64,000 nt of DNA from an uncultured Solirubrobacterales bacterium. Its GTDB lineage: Bacteria > Actinomycetota > Thermoleophilia > Solirubrobacterales > 70-9. The position numbers were made by a program, and so were the translations under genes. Positions 9,506 through 19,037 of the stretch are shown one piece after another. The stretch is taken from positions 17,662 to 81,661 of the forward strand of contig CAVQIM010000003.1 of NCBI GenBank assembly GCA_963712595.1. Direction: 5' to 3'. The first letter of the stretch is position 1. Every line of letters starts with the position of its first letter. Under the pieces are notes generated by a model, which saw only the letters and a list, made by a program, of their open reading frames with translations, had not been told where the DNA came from and did no database searches.

Positions 9506-10317
9506 GAGGTCTCCTCAGCCGCCGGAGCCTCCTCAGCTTTCGGCTCCTCAGCGGTGGCGGTCTCAGCCTCAGCGGCCGGCGCCTCATCAGCTTTCGCCTC
9601 CTCGACCGCCGGCACCTCAGCCTCAGCCTCAGCGGCCGGTGCCTCCGCAGCCTCAGCCGTCTCACCCGCGGGTGGCGTGGACTCGGGGGGGTCGAGAACG
9701 GAGGCCCCGCCCGCAGGCCCCCCCGAGGCCGCGGCAGGACCCGCGGTCGAGAGGTCTGCACCCTCGACTTTCGTCGCTCCGTTGCTCTTCTCAACTCCAA
9801 GCACCTGCGCCACGGTCAACCCCCGCAGCTCGGCAACCTCCTCGGGCCGCCGCAACCGAATCAGCCCGTCCATCGTCGCCTTCACAAGATTGATCGGGTT
9901 CTGCGTCCCGATGCTCTTCGTGAGCACGTCCTTGACCCCGCCCAGCTCGAGCACCGCGCGAACCCCACCGCCGGCGATCACGCCGGTACCGGGGCTAGCC
10001 GGCCGCAGGACCACGTGCCCGGCGCCGTAGCGACCGATGATCTTGTGGGTGATCGTCTGCCCGTATTTGGGGATGCGGATCATGTTCTTGCGAGCGTTCT
10101 CGACGCCCTTCTGGATCGCCAGCGGAACCTCGCGCGCCTTGCCGTAGCCGATCCCGACCACGCCCTCTTCGTCGCCGACGGCAACCAGGGCCGTGAAGGA
10201 GAAGCGCCGGCCGCCCTTGACCACCTTGGCGACGCGGTTGATCTCGATCACCCGCTCCTGCAGGTCGAGCCCGCGCGGGCTCACCGTCTCGACGTTGGCT
10301 GTGTCCATTCCCTTCAT
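9502..10317 (-). CDS. rpsE: 30S ribosomal protein S5 with a roughly 95-aa Ala/Glu/Pro-rich C-terminal tail
   Basis: The S5 core is [31 protein letters not shown]...[20 protein letters not shown]. The start is taken as the ATG at 10315-10317 (MKGMD...) because the longer ORF would overlap rplR. An ATG at 10308 is also possible. Confidence 0.92.
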   Translation of the reverse strand: MKGMDTANVETVSPRGLDLQERVIEINRVAKVVKGGRRFSFTALVAVGDEEGVVGIGYGKAREVPLAIQKGVENARKNMIRIPKYGQTITHKIIGRYGAGHVVLRPASPGTGVIAGGGVRAVLELGGVKDVLTKSIGTQNPINLVKATMDGLIRLRRPEEVAELRGLTVAQVLGVEKSNGATKVEGADLSTAGPAAASGGPAGGASVLDPPESTPPAGETAEAAEAPAAEAEAEVPAVEEAKADEAPAAEAETATAEEPKAEEAPAAEETS

Positions 10318-10372
10318 TGCGAGCGGTCCAAGGTAGCGAACAGCGCGGGACGGCCGAGTCCCGACTGGGTCG

Positions 10373-10726
10373 TCAAAAGACCAATCCTCCCTCTCGGGCT
10401 CCCTCGGCCAGGGCCTTGACCCGGCCGTGGTACTGGTAGCCACCCCGATCGAAGACGCAGGACTCGACCCCCGCGGCCTTGGCTCGCTCGGCGAGCAGCT
10501 CGCCCGCACGCTTGGCCTGGTCGCTCGCCGAGAGCTTGCGCAGCTCGGGCTCGATCCAGTTCACCGCGGCGACGGTGTGGCCCTTGCGGTCGTCGATCAG
10601 CTGGGCGAAGACTCCGCGATTGGAGCGGTAGACGGACAGGCGCGGACGCTCCGCCGTGCCGGTGATCCGGGCGCGCACGCGACGGCGGCGGCGCAGGCGG
10701 CGCTGCCTGTTCGTAAGCACTGTCAT
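10373..10726 (-). CDS. rplR: 50S ribosomal protein L18
   Basis: 117-aa ORF containing [20 protein letters not shown]...[21 protein letters not shown]. Confidence 0.96.
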   Translation of the reverse strand: MTVLTNRQRRLRRRRRVRARITGTAERPRLSVYRSNRGVFAQLIDDRKGHTVAAVNWIEPELRKLSASDQAKRAGELLAERAKAAGVESCVFDRGGYQYHGRVKALAEGAREGGLVF

Positions 10727-11256
10727 GCGCGCTTGCCCACCTTCCGCGCGACCTGCTCGCCGCGGTAGCGGATGCCCTTGCCCTTGTACGGCTCGGGCGG
10801 GCGGCGCTTGCGGATGTCCGCCGCGACCTGGCCGACGAGCTGCTTGTCGATGCCCCGAACGACGATCTCAGTCGGCTGCGGGACCTCGAACTCGATTCCC
10901 TCGGGCGCCTCGATCGAGACCGGGTGCGAGTAACCCAGCGCCAGCTCCAAGTTCTTGCCCTTGAGCTGAGCCCGGTAGCCGACGCCCTGGATCTCCAGCC
11001 GCTTCTCGAAGCCCTCGGTTACGCCCTCGACCATGTTCGCGATCAGACTGCGGGTGAGGCCGTGAAGGGCACGGTGCTCGCCACGGTCCGTGGGGCGCTG
11101 CACCGTGAGGACGCCATCGCTCTGCTCGACCTTCATGTCGATCGAGAGGCTCTGGGACAGCTCGCCCTTGGGACCCTTGACCGCCACCTGGCCAGGGCCG
11201 AGCTCGACCGTAACGGCCTCGGGCACGGCGATGGGCTTTCTACCGATCCGACTCAT
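10723..11256 (-). CDS. rplF: 50S ribosomal protein L6
   Basis: 177-aa ORF beginning [17 protein letters not shown], with GVGYRA further downstream. Confidence 0.96.
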   Translation of the reverse strand: MSRIGRKPIAVPEAVTVELGPGQVAVKGPKGELSQSLSIDMKVEQSDGVLTVQRPTDRGEHRALHGLTRSLIANMVEGVTEGFEKRLEIQGVGYRAQLKGKNLELALGYSHPVSIEAPEGIEFEVPQPTEIVVRGIDKQLVGQVAADIRKRRPPEPYKGKGIRYRGEQVARKVGKRA

Positions 11257-11262
11257 CCTCGG

Positions 11263-11658
11263 TCACCAGACGTAGGCGACGACCTCGCCGCCGACGCCCT
11301 TTGCCTTGGCTTCGTGGCCCGTCATCACCCCGACCGAGGTACTGACGATCGCCGTGCCGGTGCCGCCATCCACACGCGGCACCTGTTTGTGGTTGACGTA
11401 GCGGCGACGGCCCGGGCGCGAGATCCGCTCCAGGCCGAGGATCACCGGGCGGCGATCCTCGGTGTACTTGAGGCGGATCTTGATCGCCTCGCCCACAGCC
11501 GCGGGCTGCTTGGCGAAATCGACGATGTAGCCCTGCTCCTTGAGGATCCGGGACATCTCCATCTTCAGCCGCGAAGCGGGGATCTCCACCTCGTCGTGGC
11601 CGGAGCCAAGGGCGTTGCGGATCCTGGTCAGGTAGTCGGCTATTGGGTCGGTAAGCAT
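11263..11658 (-). CDS. rpsH: 30S ribosomal protein S8
   Basis: 131-aa ORF beginning MLTDPIADYLTRIRNA. Confidence 0.96.
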   Translation of the reverse strand: MLTDPIADYLTRIRNALGSGHDEVEIPASRLKMEMSRILKEQGYIVDFAKQPAAVGEAIKIRLKYTEDRRPVILGLERISRPGRRRYVNHKQVPRVDGGTGTAIVSTSVGVMTGHEAKAKGVGGEVVAYVW

Positions 11659-11677
11659 GTCTCTGTCGTCGTTTCGG

Positions 11678-11863
11678 TTACCAGCTGGACTTGGTCATGC
11701 CCGGGACGTGCCCCTCGTGAGCGGCCTCGCGCAGGCAGATCCGGCAGAGGCCGAACTTGCGGTAGTAGGCGCGCGGCCGGCCACAGCGGCGACAGCGGTT
11801 GTATTCGCGGGACTTGAACTTGGCCTTGCGGCCCTGCTTCACCTTCAGCGAAGTCTTAGCCAT
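11678..11863 (-). CDS. rpsN: 30S ribosomal protein S14, type Z (zinc-binding, 61 aa)
   Basis: [64 protein letters not shown] at 11861-11863. The longer track ORF is upstream read-through. Confidence 0.93.
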   Translation of the reverse strand: MAKTSLKVKQGRKAKFKSREYNRCRRCGRPRAYYRKFGLCRICLREAAHEGHVPGMTKSSW

Positions 11864-12677
11864 TCTCCTGATTCTCCTCGCCGGCCGCGCTCTCGGCCTC
11901 CTGGTCGCCCTCCGCGGCCGCCTCGCCGCCCTCGCCCCCGTCGTCGGTCTCGGGCTTTGCGTACGCCTCGGGGTTCTCCTCCTTGAGCTGCTCGAGCGCG
12001 GCCTGCTCGGCTTCGGCCCGCAGCCGCGCCTCCTCCTTGCGCTTCTCCTCCTCAGCCGCTGCCTCGGCCTCAGCGTCGGCGTCCGGTTTCCCCGGACGAC
12101 CCTCTTTGGCAAACGGCATGCCGAGCCCGAGCAGTAGCTCGAAGGCCTCTTCGTCAGTCTTGGCGCTGGTGGTGATCGTCACGTCGAGACCGCGGACCTC
12201 GTCGATCGAGTCGTAGTCGATTTCGGGGAAGATCAGCTGCTCGCGCACTCCCATCGAGTAGTTGCCGCGGCCGTCGAAGGAGCGTGGGTTGAGGCCGCGG
12301 AAGTCGCGGATGCGCGGCACCGCGATCGAGCAGAGCCGGTCGAGGAACTCCCACATGCGCGCGCGGCGCAGGGTGACGGAAACTCCGACCGGCATCCCCT
12401 CGCGGACCTTGAACGAGGCGATCGACTTACGGGCGCGGCGCACGCTCGGCTGCTGGCCGGCGATCGTCGCCAGCTGCCCCTGCGCAGCTTCGAGCATCTT
12501 CGCGTTCTGCTTCGCCTCGCCGAGACCCATGTTGAGCGTGATCTTCTCCAGGCGCGGCACCTGCATCGGCGTGGTGTAAGAGAAGCGCTGGGTCAGCGCC
12601 GGCAGAACTTCCTGCTCGTAGCGCTCACGCAGGCGCGGCGGCGGCGCGGCCTGGGACTGGACGGCAGCGGCCTCCAT
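11856..12677 (-). CDS. rplE: 50S ribosomal protein L5 with an 80-aa acidic C-terminal tail
   Basis: 273-aa ORF. The L5 core runs [40 protein letters not shown]...[27 protein letters not shown]. The tail begins [23 protein letters not shown]. The stop overlaps the rpsN start by 8 nt. Confidence 0.94.
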   Translation of the reverse strand: MEAAAVQSQAAPPPRLRERYEQEVLPALTQRFSYTTPMQVPRLEKITLNMGLGEAKQNAKMLEAAQGQLATIAGQQPSVRRARKSIASFKVREGMPVGVSVTLRRARMWEFLDRLCSIAVPRIRDFRGLNPRSFDGRGNYSMGVREQLIFPEIDYDSIDEVRGLDVTITTSAKTDEEAFELLLGLGMPFAKEGRPGKPDADAEAEAAAEEEKRKEEARLRAEAEQAALEQLKEENPEAYAKPETDDGGEGGEAAAEGDQEAESAAGEENQENG

Positions 12678-13015
12678 CAGAACGCAACCCCACTGCGCTT
12701 GGCGAAGCGCTCGCGCTTGCCGCCTTTGTCCCGGCGCACACCGATCCGCGTGCGCTTGTTGTCTTTGGGGTCGAGCAGCATCACGTTGGAGACGTGGATC
12801 GGCCCCTCCTTCTCGACGATGCCGCCGACCTCGCCGCCACGCTGGGCGTCTTTGACCGAGCGGGGACGTTCGTGCCGTTTGATCATGTTGAGGTGCTCGA
12901 CGTAGACCCGGTTCTTCTTCGGCTCGGTGCGCACGACGCGGCCGGTCTTGCCGGCGTCCTTGCCCCCGATCACCATCACCTGGTCGTCTTTGCGGATCCG
13001 CATCGCCTTGGCCAT
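12677..13015 (-). CDS. rplX: 50S ribosomal protein L24
   Basis: The 112-aa C-terminal part of the long artefactual ORF 12677..14050: [28 protein letters not shown]... ATG at 13013-15 overlaps the rplN stop. Confidence 0.92.
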   Translation of the reverse strand: MAKAMRIRKDDQVMVIGGKDAGKTGRVVRTEPKKNRVYVEHLNMIKRHERPRSVKDAQRGGEVGGIVEKEGPIHVSNVMLLDPKDNKRTRIGVRRDKGGKRERFAKRSGVAF

Positions 13016-13386
13016 CAAAGGACCTCCGGCGCCAGGGAGATGATTTTCATGAAGTTGCGATCGCGCAGCTCGCGGGCGACAGGGCCGAAGATGCGGGTGC
13101 CGCGCGGGTTGTTGCTGGCCGGATCGATCAGCACGGCAGCGTTTTCGTCGAAGGAGATGTAGGTCCCATCGGGACGGCCGAGCTGCTTCTTCGTGCGGAC
13201 GACGACCGCCTGCACGACCTCGCCTTTGCGCACGCCGCCCTGCGGGCTCGCCTGTTTCACCGTAGCTGTGATCACGTCGCCGACGCCGGCGTAGCGGCGA
13301 TGCGACCCGCCCTTGACCCGGATGCAGAGGAGCTCGCGCGCGCCGGAGTTGTCGGCGACTTTCAATCTCGACTCCTGCTGGATCAC
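13015..13386 (-). CDS. rplN: 50S ribosomal protein L14
   Basis: 123-aa ORF beginning [24 protein letters not shown]. The GTG start overlaps the rpsQ stop (GTGA). Confidence 0.97.
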   Translation of the reverse strand: MIQQESRLKVADNSGARELLCIRVKGGSHRRYAGVGDVITATVKQASPQGGVRKGEVVQAVVVRTKKQLGRPDGTYISFDENAAVLIDPASNNPRGTRIFGPVARELRDRNFMKIISLAPEVL

Positions 13387-14081
13387 TTGGCTCTCTCCAA
13401 GACCTCGACCAGGCGCCAGCGCTTGGTCTTCGACAGCGGCCTCGTCTCGATGACTCGCACGATGTCGCCCTCGCCGGCCTCGTTGCGCTCGTCATGAGCG
13501 TGCAGAGTCCGCGAGCGACGCACGACCTTCTCGTAGGTCGGGTGCCGCCGCGCGATATCGATCCGCACGGTGATCGACTTCTCGCCCTTGTTGGAGACGA
13601 CGATCCCCTGCCGCACCTTGGCCGCAACGGCATCCTTCTCAGCCGGCGAGGTCCCGGTTCCCGCGGTCTTCCCAGCTTTGGTAGCGGCCCGCTCCTTGCG
13701 CCGCGACGCAGCCTTGAGCTTGCGCTCCTCAGCCCGCTTCGTGGCCCTCTCCTCGGCAGTGAGGGCGGCTCCAGCTTTGTGCGGCCGCCGCGAGCGCTCG
13801 AGCCGACGCTTCTCCTTCCAGGGCAATTCGTCCTCAGGACTGGGCTCCGCAGCAGCGGGCGCCGCCTGCTCAGCCTCACCCGCGTCGGCAGACTCAGCCT
13901 CAGGCGCCTCGTCCTTGGTGGGCGCGTCAACCTCAGCCGCGTCTTCCGCGGGTGGCGTCGAGGGCGCGCCCTCCGGGGTGTTCGCCGGAGGGTCGCTCTC
14001 GGCGACAGGACCCGCGGACTCAGCGCCTTCGTCCTGAGGCGTCTCGTCAACCGCGTCTTTTTTAGTCTCGTCGTCCGTCAT
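13383..14081 (-). CDS. rpsQ: 30S ribosomal protein S17 with a roughly 154-aa N-terminal extension
   Basis: 232-aa ORF. The S17 core is [44 protein letters not shown]...RWRLVEVLE. The ATG at 14079-81 overlaps the rpmC stop (ATGA), which supports use of the upstream start. Confidence 0.88.
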   Translation of the reverse strand: MTDDETKKDAVDETPQDEGAESAGPVAESDPPANTPEGAPSTPPAEDAAEVDAPTKDEAPEAESADAGEAEQAAPAAAEPSPEDELPWKEKRRLERSRRPHKAGAALTAEERATKRAEERKLKAASRRKERAATKAGKTAGTGTSPAEKDAVAAKVRQGIVVSNKGEKSITVRIDIARRHPTYEKVVRRSRTLHAHDERNEAGEGDIVRVIETRPLSKTKRWRLVEVLERAK

Positions 14082-14290
14082 CTCTTCAGCTCTTTCTCAA
14101 CGTCGATTCCGCGCTCCTTCGCAACCGTCAACAGCCGTGCCACGTCGCGCCGGGAGACCCCGATCCGCGCCGTGTTCTCGAGCTCCCCGGTTGCCTGCCG
14201 AAAGCGCAGGTTGAAGGCCTCCTGCTTGGCGTCGATCAGCTTTGCGACCAGCTCATCGTCTTTCAGGTCATGTACCTCGGCGGCCTTCAC
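14078..14290 (-). CDS. rpmC: 50S ribosomal protein L29
   Basis: 70-aa ORF beginning [43 protein letters not shown]. Confidence 0.95.
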   Translation of the reverse strand: MKAAEVHDLKDDELVAKLIDAKQEAFNLRFRQATGELENTARIGVSRRDVARLLTVAKERGIDVEKELKR

Positions 14291-14709
14291 TGTGCCTCAG
14301 CCCCCTCGCGCATCACGAACTTGGTCTTGACGGGGAGCTTGTGCCCGGCCAAGCGCAGTGCCTCTTTTGCCAGGTCCTCGGGGACACCCGCCAGCTCGAA
14401 CATCACCTTGCCCGGCTTGATCACGGCCACCCAGCCCTCCGGGTTGCCCTTGCCCGAGCCCATCCGGGTCTCGGCCGGCTTCTTCGTGTAGGGCTTGTCG
14501 GGGAAGACGTTGATCCAGACCTTGCCGCCACGTTTGATCTTGCGGGTCATCGCCACGCGCGCGGCCTCGATCTGGCGATTGGTGATCCAGCCCCGCTCGA
14601 GCGACTTCAGGCCGTACTCGCCGAATGCGACCGTGCTGCCGCCCTTGGTATTGCCGCGCATCCGGCCGCGCATCTGTTTGCGGTGCTTTACCCGCTTCGG
14701 CATCAGCAT
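14287..14709 (-). CDS. rplP: 50S ribosomal protein L16
   Basis: 140-aa ORF beginning [19 protein letters not shown]. Confidence 0.97.
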   Translation of the reverse strand: MLMPKRVKHRKQMRGRMRGNTKGGSTVAFGEYGLKSLERGWITNRQIEAARVAMTRKIKRGGKVWINVFPDKPYTKKPAETRMGSGKGNPEGWVAVIKPGKVMFELAGVPEDLAKEALRLAGHKLPVKTKFVMREGAEAQ

Positions 14710-14712
14710 CGG

Positions 14713-15507
14713 CTATCGACCTCCCCCACGCTGTCCGCCCCGGCCGCGGTCGCCACCGCGGCCCCGGTCGCCACCTGGACGCCCGCGATCCCCGCCGGGA
14801 CGGCCACCGCGGTCGCCGCCACGACCGCCGCGTTGGCCGTCCTGCGGCTCGCCCTCATCGGTGAGCTGGTCGGAACGGAAGCCCTCGGGCATCACTTCGC
14901 CCTTGTTGATCCAGCACTTGACGCCGATCCGCCCCGTCGTCGTCCGCGCCTCGAAGAAGCCGTAGTCGATGTTCGCCCGCAGCGTGTGCAGGGGCACGCG
15001 ACCGTCCGAGTAGCCCTCGGTCCGCGCCATCTCAGCGCCACCGAGCCGGCCCGAGACCTGAACCTTGACCCCCTTGGCGCCGGAGCGCATCGCCGAGGTG
15101 AGGGCGCGTTTCATCGCCCGCCGGAAGGCGACCCGGTTCTGCAGCTGCTCGGCGATCGACTGGGCCACTAGCTTTGCGTCGAGCTCGGGACGCTTGACCT
15201 CGCGGATGTTCACCTTCACCGGTTTGCCGGTCAGCTTGTGCAGGTCTTTGCGCAGAGCATCGACTTCGCTGCCGGACTTGCCGATCACGATGCCCGGCCG
15301 GGCGGTGTGGATGTCCACGGCGATCTCGCCGTGGCGCTCGATCGTGATGTCGGAGAGTCCGGCGTGGGCGAGCTTGCCTTCGATGTGATCGCGAATCTTC
15401 AGGTCTTCGAGCAGGGTGTCGGCGAAGTCTTTCTCCTCGAACCAGTTCGATTTCCAGTCCTGGATGTAGCCGACGCGGAAGCCTGTCGGATGGATCTTCT
15501 GTCCCAT
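14713..15507 (-). CDS. rpsC: 30S ribosomal protein S3 with a C-terminal RGG/RG-repeat tail
   Basis: 264-aa ORF. N-terminus [23 protein letters not shown] followed by a KH domain. The tail is [41 protein letters not shown]. Confidence 0.95.
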   Translation of the reverse strand: MGQKIHPTGFRVGYIQDWKSNWFEEKDFADTLLEDLKIRDHIEGKLAHAGLSDITIERHGEIAVDIHTARPGIVIGKSGSEVDALRKDLHKLTGKPVKVNIREVKRPELDAKLVAQSIAEQLQNRVAFRRAMKRALTSAMRSGAKGVKVQVSGRLGGAEMARTEGYSDGRVPLHTLRANIDYGFFEARTTTGRIGVKCWINKGEVMPEGFRSDQLTDEGEPQDGQRGGRGGDRGGRPGGDRGRPGGDRGRGGDRGRGGQRGGGR

Positions 15508-15552
15508 TAGATGCCCGCCTCTCTGGCGAAGTTGGTTGGAATGGCGGGCATC

Positions 15553-15906
15553 TCAGTCCTCGTCTTCCGGGCTCAGGGCCACGGCGATGTGGCTGGTTCG
15601 CTTGTGGATCGGCGTTGCCCGTCCCTGGGCTCGGGGGCGGTAGCGCTTCAAAGTCGGTCCTTCGTCGACCGTGATCTCGGCGATCCTCATCTCGTCGGCG
15701 ATCAGGTCGTGATTGTTCTCAGCGTTGGCGGCGGCTGACTCGATCAGCTTGCGGATGTCCTGCGCAGCTCCGCGCGGGGAGAACTCGAGCAGCGCCCGGG
15801 CCTGCTCGATGTGCAGGCCGCGCACCTGATCGGCGATCAGGCGCGCCTTGCGCGGCGCAACCCGCACGTAGCGGGAGCTTGCGCGAACCACGATCGGAGC
15901 CGCCAC
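15553..15906 (-). CDS. rplV: 50S ribosomal protein L22
   Basis: The L22 core is SRYVRVAPRKARLIADQVRG...GPTLKRYRPRAQGRATPIHKRTSHI. The start is placed at the GTG 15904-15906, just after the rpsS stop and 7-8 nt after AAGGGTGAG. GTG at 15915 or the track start at 15960 remain possible. Confidence 0.88.
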   Translation of the reverse strand: MAAPIVVRASSRYVRVAPRKARLIADQVRGLHIEQARALLEFSPRGAAQDIRKLIESAAANAENNHDLIADEMRIAEITVDEGPTLKRYRPRAQGRATPIHKRTSHIAVALSPEDED

Positions 15907-15907
15907 G

Positions 15908-16180
15908 CTACTCACCCTTGCCCGTGCCTGAGTGGGAGCGGAAGGTGCGGGTCGGGGCAAACTCGCCGAGCTTGTGGCCGACCATCGACTCCGAGATGAA
16001 GACCGGGACGTGCTTGCGCCCGTCGTGGACGGCGATCGTGTGGCCGACCATGTCGGGGAAGATGGTCGAGCTGCGCGACCAGGTCTTCAGCATCTGCTTG
16101 GTGCCCGAATCGTTCATTGCGGTGACGCGCTTCATCAGCGCCGCTTCCACCCACGGGCCCTTTTTGGTCGAGCGTCCCAT
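15908..16180 (-). CDS. rpsS: 30S ribosomal protein S19
   Basis: 90 aa: [19 protein letters not shown]...[35 protein letters not shown]. The ATG at 16178-80 overlaps the rplB stop. Confidence 0.95.
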   Translation of the reverse strand: MGRSTKKGPWVEAALMKRVTAMNDSGTKQMLKTWSRSSTIFPDMVGHTIAVHDGRKHVPVFISESMVGHKLGEFAPTRTFRSHSGTGKGE

Positions 16181-17025
16181 CAGCGACTCTTCTTCTTTCC
16201 GCGACGTCGGCCGCGCACGATGTATCGGTCGGACTGCTTGCCCTTCTTGCGGGTCCGGTAGCCGAGGGTCGGCTTGCCCCACGGCGTCACCGGGTGACCG
16301 CCCGGCGTGTGGTGGGCCTCGCCGCCGCCGTGCGGATGGTCGACGGGGTTCATCGCCACGCCGCGCGTCTGCGGCCGCTTGCCCTTGTGCCGGCTGCGCC
16401 CGGCCTTGCCGACCTTGACGTTCTGGTGCTCGGCATTGGAGAGCACGCCAACCGTTGCGCGACACTCGGCCCGCACCAGCCGCATCTCCGAGGAGGGAAG
16501 TCGCAGCGTCACCATCTCGCCCTCCTTCGCCGCCAGCTGGATCGAAGTGCCCGCCGAGCGGCCGAGCTTGCCGCCCTGGCCGGGGGTGAGCTCGACGTTG
16601 TGGACGATCGTGCCGGTCGGCATCTCGCCGAGGGCGAGCGCGTTGCCGGGTCGGATGTCGGCGCCAGGTCCGGACTGCACGGTGTCACCGACGGAGATCG
16701 CCGAGGGAGCCAGGATGTAGCTCTTCTGGCCGTCGGCGTAGTGCAGCAGCGCGATGTAGCAGCTGCGGTTGGGGTCGTACTCGATCGTCGCCACCTTGGC
16801 GGGAACGCCGTCCTTGAGGCGCTTGAAGTCGATCTGCCGGTAACGGCGCTTGGCCCCGCCGCCACGATGGCGCGCGGTGACCCGGCCGTTGACGTTGCGA
16901 CCGCCGGACTTGCGCAGACCCTCGGTCAGCTTGCGCTCCGGGCTCGAAGCCGTCAGCTGCTCGCGTAGCGGGTAGGTGGCAAAGCGGCGCCCGGGGCTGG
17001 TCGGTTTGGTTTTTCGGTTCGGCAT
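16180..17025 (-). CDS. rplB: 50S ribosomal protein L2
   Basis: 281-aa ORF containing [22 protein letters not shown]...[13 protein letters not shown]. Confidence 0.98.
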   Translation of the reverse strand: MPNRKTKPTSPGRRFATYPLREQLTASSPERKLTEGLRKSGGRNVNGRVTARHRGGGAKRRYRQIDFKRLKDGVPAKVATIEYDPNRSCYIALLHYADGQKSYILAPSAISVGDTVQSGPGADIRPGNALALGEMPTGTIVHNVELTPGQGGKLGRSAGTSIQLAAKEGEMVTLRLPSSEMRLVRAECRATVGVLSNAEHQNVKVGKAGRSRHKGKRPQTRGVAMNPVDHPHGGGEAHHTPGGHPVTPWGKPTLGYRTRKKGKQSDRYIVRGRRRGKKKSR

Positions 17026-17035
17026 CCCTTTTCCC

Positions 17036-17329
17036 CTATGCGGTCTCTGCGCCCTCGAACAACTCGATCCGCTCGCCGGGGGCGAGCTGGACGACGGCCT
17101 TCTTCCAGCCCCGCGTCTTGCCCATGTGCAGGCCGCGGCGCTTTGGCTTCGGCCGCACCTTGGCGGTGCGAACCGCCGCCACCTTGACGCTGAAGATCTC
17201 CTCGACCGCGTGGGCGATCTGGGTCTTGTGGGCGCGGTCGTTTACGCGGAAGGTGTACTTGCCCTCGCCGATCAGCGCGTAGCTCTTCTCGGAGACGACC
17301 GGCCGGACTATCACCGTGCGGGCGTCCAT
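17036..17329 (-). CDS. rplW: 50S ribosomal protein L23
   Basis: 97 aa: [29 protein letters not shown]... The ATG overlaps the rplD stop. The upstream part of the track ORF is read-through. Confidence 0.93.
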   Translation of the reverse strand: MDARTVIVRPVVSEKSYALIGEGKYTFRVNDRAHKTQIAHAVEEIFSVKVAAVRTAKVRPKPKRRGLHMGKTRGWKKAVVQLAPGERIELFEGAETA

Positions 17330-17940
17330 CAGGAGAGCCTCTCCTGCAGGCTGGCGAGGGCGCCCTCGGAGACGACCAGAGAAGCCGCGCCGATCACGTC
17401 GGCCACCCCGACGGCGCCGACCTCGGCGACCTGAACCTTGGCGATGTTGCGAAAGCTCTTCGCCGCACCGACGTCCCCCGAGGCGAGGACGACGAGGGTG
17501 GCGCGCTTGGCGCCCCATTTGTCGAGCGCCTCGGCGGCCGCCTTGGTCGAAGGCGTATCGAAGGCGCCGGCGTCGAGCAGTGCGACGCTGTCGCGCTCCG
17601 CATGGATCGAAAGCGCCGAACGCAGCGCCTTGCGCCGCGCCTTGCGGTTGACCTTGACCGTGTAGTGCCGCGGCTTGGGACCGAAGGCGACGCCGCCGCC
17701 GAAGCGACTGGGAGCGCTGAGAGCGCCGACGCGGGCGCGGCCGGTTCCCTTCTGGCGCCAGGCCTTGGCGCCGGTCATCGCCACCTCGCCGCGGGTGAGG
17801 GTCGATGCCGATCCCTGGCGACGGGAGGCGAGGTCGGCCCTGGCCGCCTCGTGGACGAGCGATTGGTGGAAGGGCTCGGCGAACAGCTCTTTGGGCAGGT
17901 CCGCCTTCGTCGACTTGCCGAGCACGGTGGCTTTAGCCAT
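17329..17940 (-). CDS. rplD: 50S ribosomal protein L4
   Basis: 203-aa ORF containing RQGSASTLTRGEVAMTGAKAWRQKGTGRAR. Confidence 0.96.
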   Translation of the reverse strand: MAKATVLGKSTKADLPKELFAEPFHQSLVHEAARADLASRRQGSASTLTRGEVAMTGAKAWRQKGTGRARVGALSAPSRFGGGVAFGPKPRHYTVKVNRKARRKALRSALSIHAERDSVALLDAGAFDTPSTKAAAEALDKWGAKRATLVVLASGDVGAAKSFRNIAKVQVAEVGAVGVADVIGAASLVVSEGALASLQERLS

Positions 17941-18562
17941 CGGTCCTCACCTCGACCACCGCGTTGCGCGAGCCCGGGACCGAGCCCTTGATCAGGAGCA
18001 GGTTGCGCTCGGCGTCCACCTGGGCGACCTCGAGGCCCTTCTGGGTGACGCGCTTGTTGCCCATCTGGCCTGGCATCTTCATCCCCTTGAAGACGCGAGC
18101 GGGAAAGGTGCTGGCGCCGATCGAGCCGGGCGCCCGCACGTTGTGCGAGCCGTGGCTGACCGGTCCGCGGCTGAAGTTGTGGCGCTTGATCCCGCCCTGG
18201 AAGCCCTTGCCGATCGAGGTCCCAGCGACCTTCACCTTCTGGCCCGCCTCGAAGGCGGCAACGGTGACGTCGTCGCCGATCTTGGGGCCGTCCTCGGCGC
18301 CGAGGTCCTCACCGCGGAACTCGACCAGGTGGCGCATCGGCGCGGCGCCGGCCTTCTTCAGGTGGCCCTCCTCCGCCTGCGTCAGCTTGCCCTCCTTGAC
18401 CTCGCCGAAAGCGAGCTGCACCGCGGCGTAGCCATCGCGCTCCGGCTCGCGCACCGCGGTCACCTTGCAGGGACCGGCTTCGATCACGGTGACCGGGACA
18501 ACGGTCCCGTCCTCGCCGAAGACCTGCGTCATCCCAAGCTTCTTTCCGAGAATCGCTGCCAT
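17933..18562 (-). CDS. rplC: 50S ribosomal protein L3
   Basis: 209-aa ORF beginning MAAILGKKLGMTQVFGEDG, with FKGMKMPGQMGN further downstream. Confidence 0.97.
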   Translation of the reverse strand: MAAILGKKLGMTQVFGEDGTVVPVTVIEAGPCKVTAVREPERDGYAAVQLAFGEVKEGKLTQAEEGHLKKAGAAPMRHLVEFRGEDLGAEDGPKIGDDVTVAAFEAGQKVKVAGTSIGKGFQGGIKRHNFSRGPVSHGSHNVRAPGSIGASTFPARVFKGMKMPGQMGNKRVTQKGLEVAQVDAERNLLLIKGSVPGSRNAVVEVRTDG

Positions 18563-18566
18563 CGTC

Positions 18567-18887
18567 CTAGAGGCGGATCTCGATGTCGACGCCGGCGGGC
18601 AGCGAGTCGAGGCGCTGCAGCGAGTCGACGGTTTTGGGCGAGGGCTGGAGGATGTCGATCAGCCGCTTGTGGGTGCGCATCTCGAAGTGCTCGCGCGAGT
18701 CCTTGTCCTTGAACGGCGAGCGGATCACGCAGTAGACGTTCTTCTCAGTGGGCAGCGGCACCGGGCCGGAGACGCTGGCGCCGGTCCGCTCCGCGGTTTC
18801 GACGATCTCGCGGGCAGCCCGGTCTATGGCGTCGTGGTCATACGCCTTGAGCCGGATCCGAATTTTCTGTGCTGCTATCGCTGCCAC
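18567..18887 (-). CDS. rpsJ: 30S ribosomal protein S10
   Basis: The core is [43 protein letters not shown]. The start is placed at the GTG 18885-87 ([13 protein letters not shown]). This is uncertain because there is no clear SD. Confidence 0.9.
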   Translation of the reverse strand: MAAIAAQKIRIRLKAYDHDAIDRAAREIVETAERTGASVSGPVPLPTEKNVYCVIRSPFKDKDSREHFEMRTHKRLIDILQPSPKTVDSLQRLDSLPAGVDIEIRL

Positions 18888-19037
18888 GTTTCTGAGTTGT
18901 CTCTGTCTTCCCGCGCGGTCCTTCCGCGCATAAAGGGCGGGGCCCCTTTTGGTGGGGCGCCGCCCCGGTCGTATGTCCTTTGCAGTTGTCTCGCCGCCAG
19001 TCGGCGGCGACAAGCGGGCCGAAACCCGCCCTTTGTG

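Noticed and set aside
9540-9700. Tandemly repetitive DNA (gcctcagc units) that might be mistaken for a CRISPR or minisatellite array. Similar repeats lie at 14713-14860 and 35900-36010.
   Set aside because: These are the coding sequences of the low-complexity tails of S5, S3 and L10. The units are short, degenerate and in frame, with no spacer-repeat organisation.
12677-14050. A 457-aa minus-strand ORF spanning rplX, rplN and part of rpsQ.
   Set aside because: Only its last 112 codons are L24. The rest is an alternative-frame read-through of rplN and rpsQ, whose own frames carry the conserved L14 and S17 sequences.
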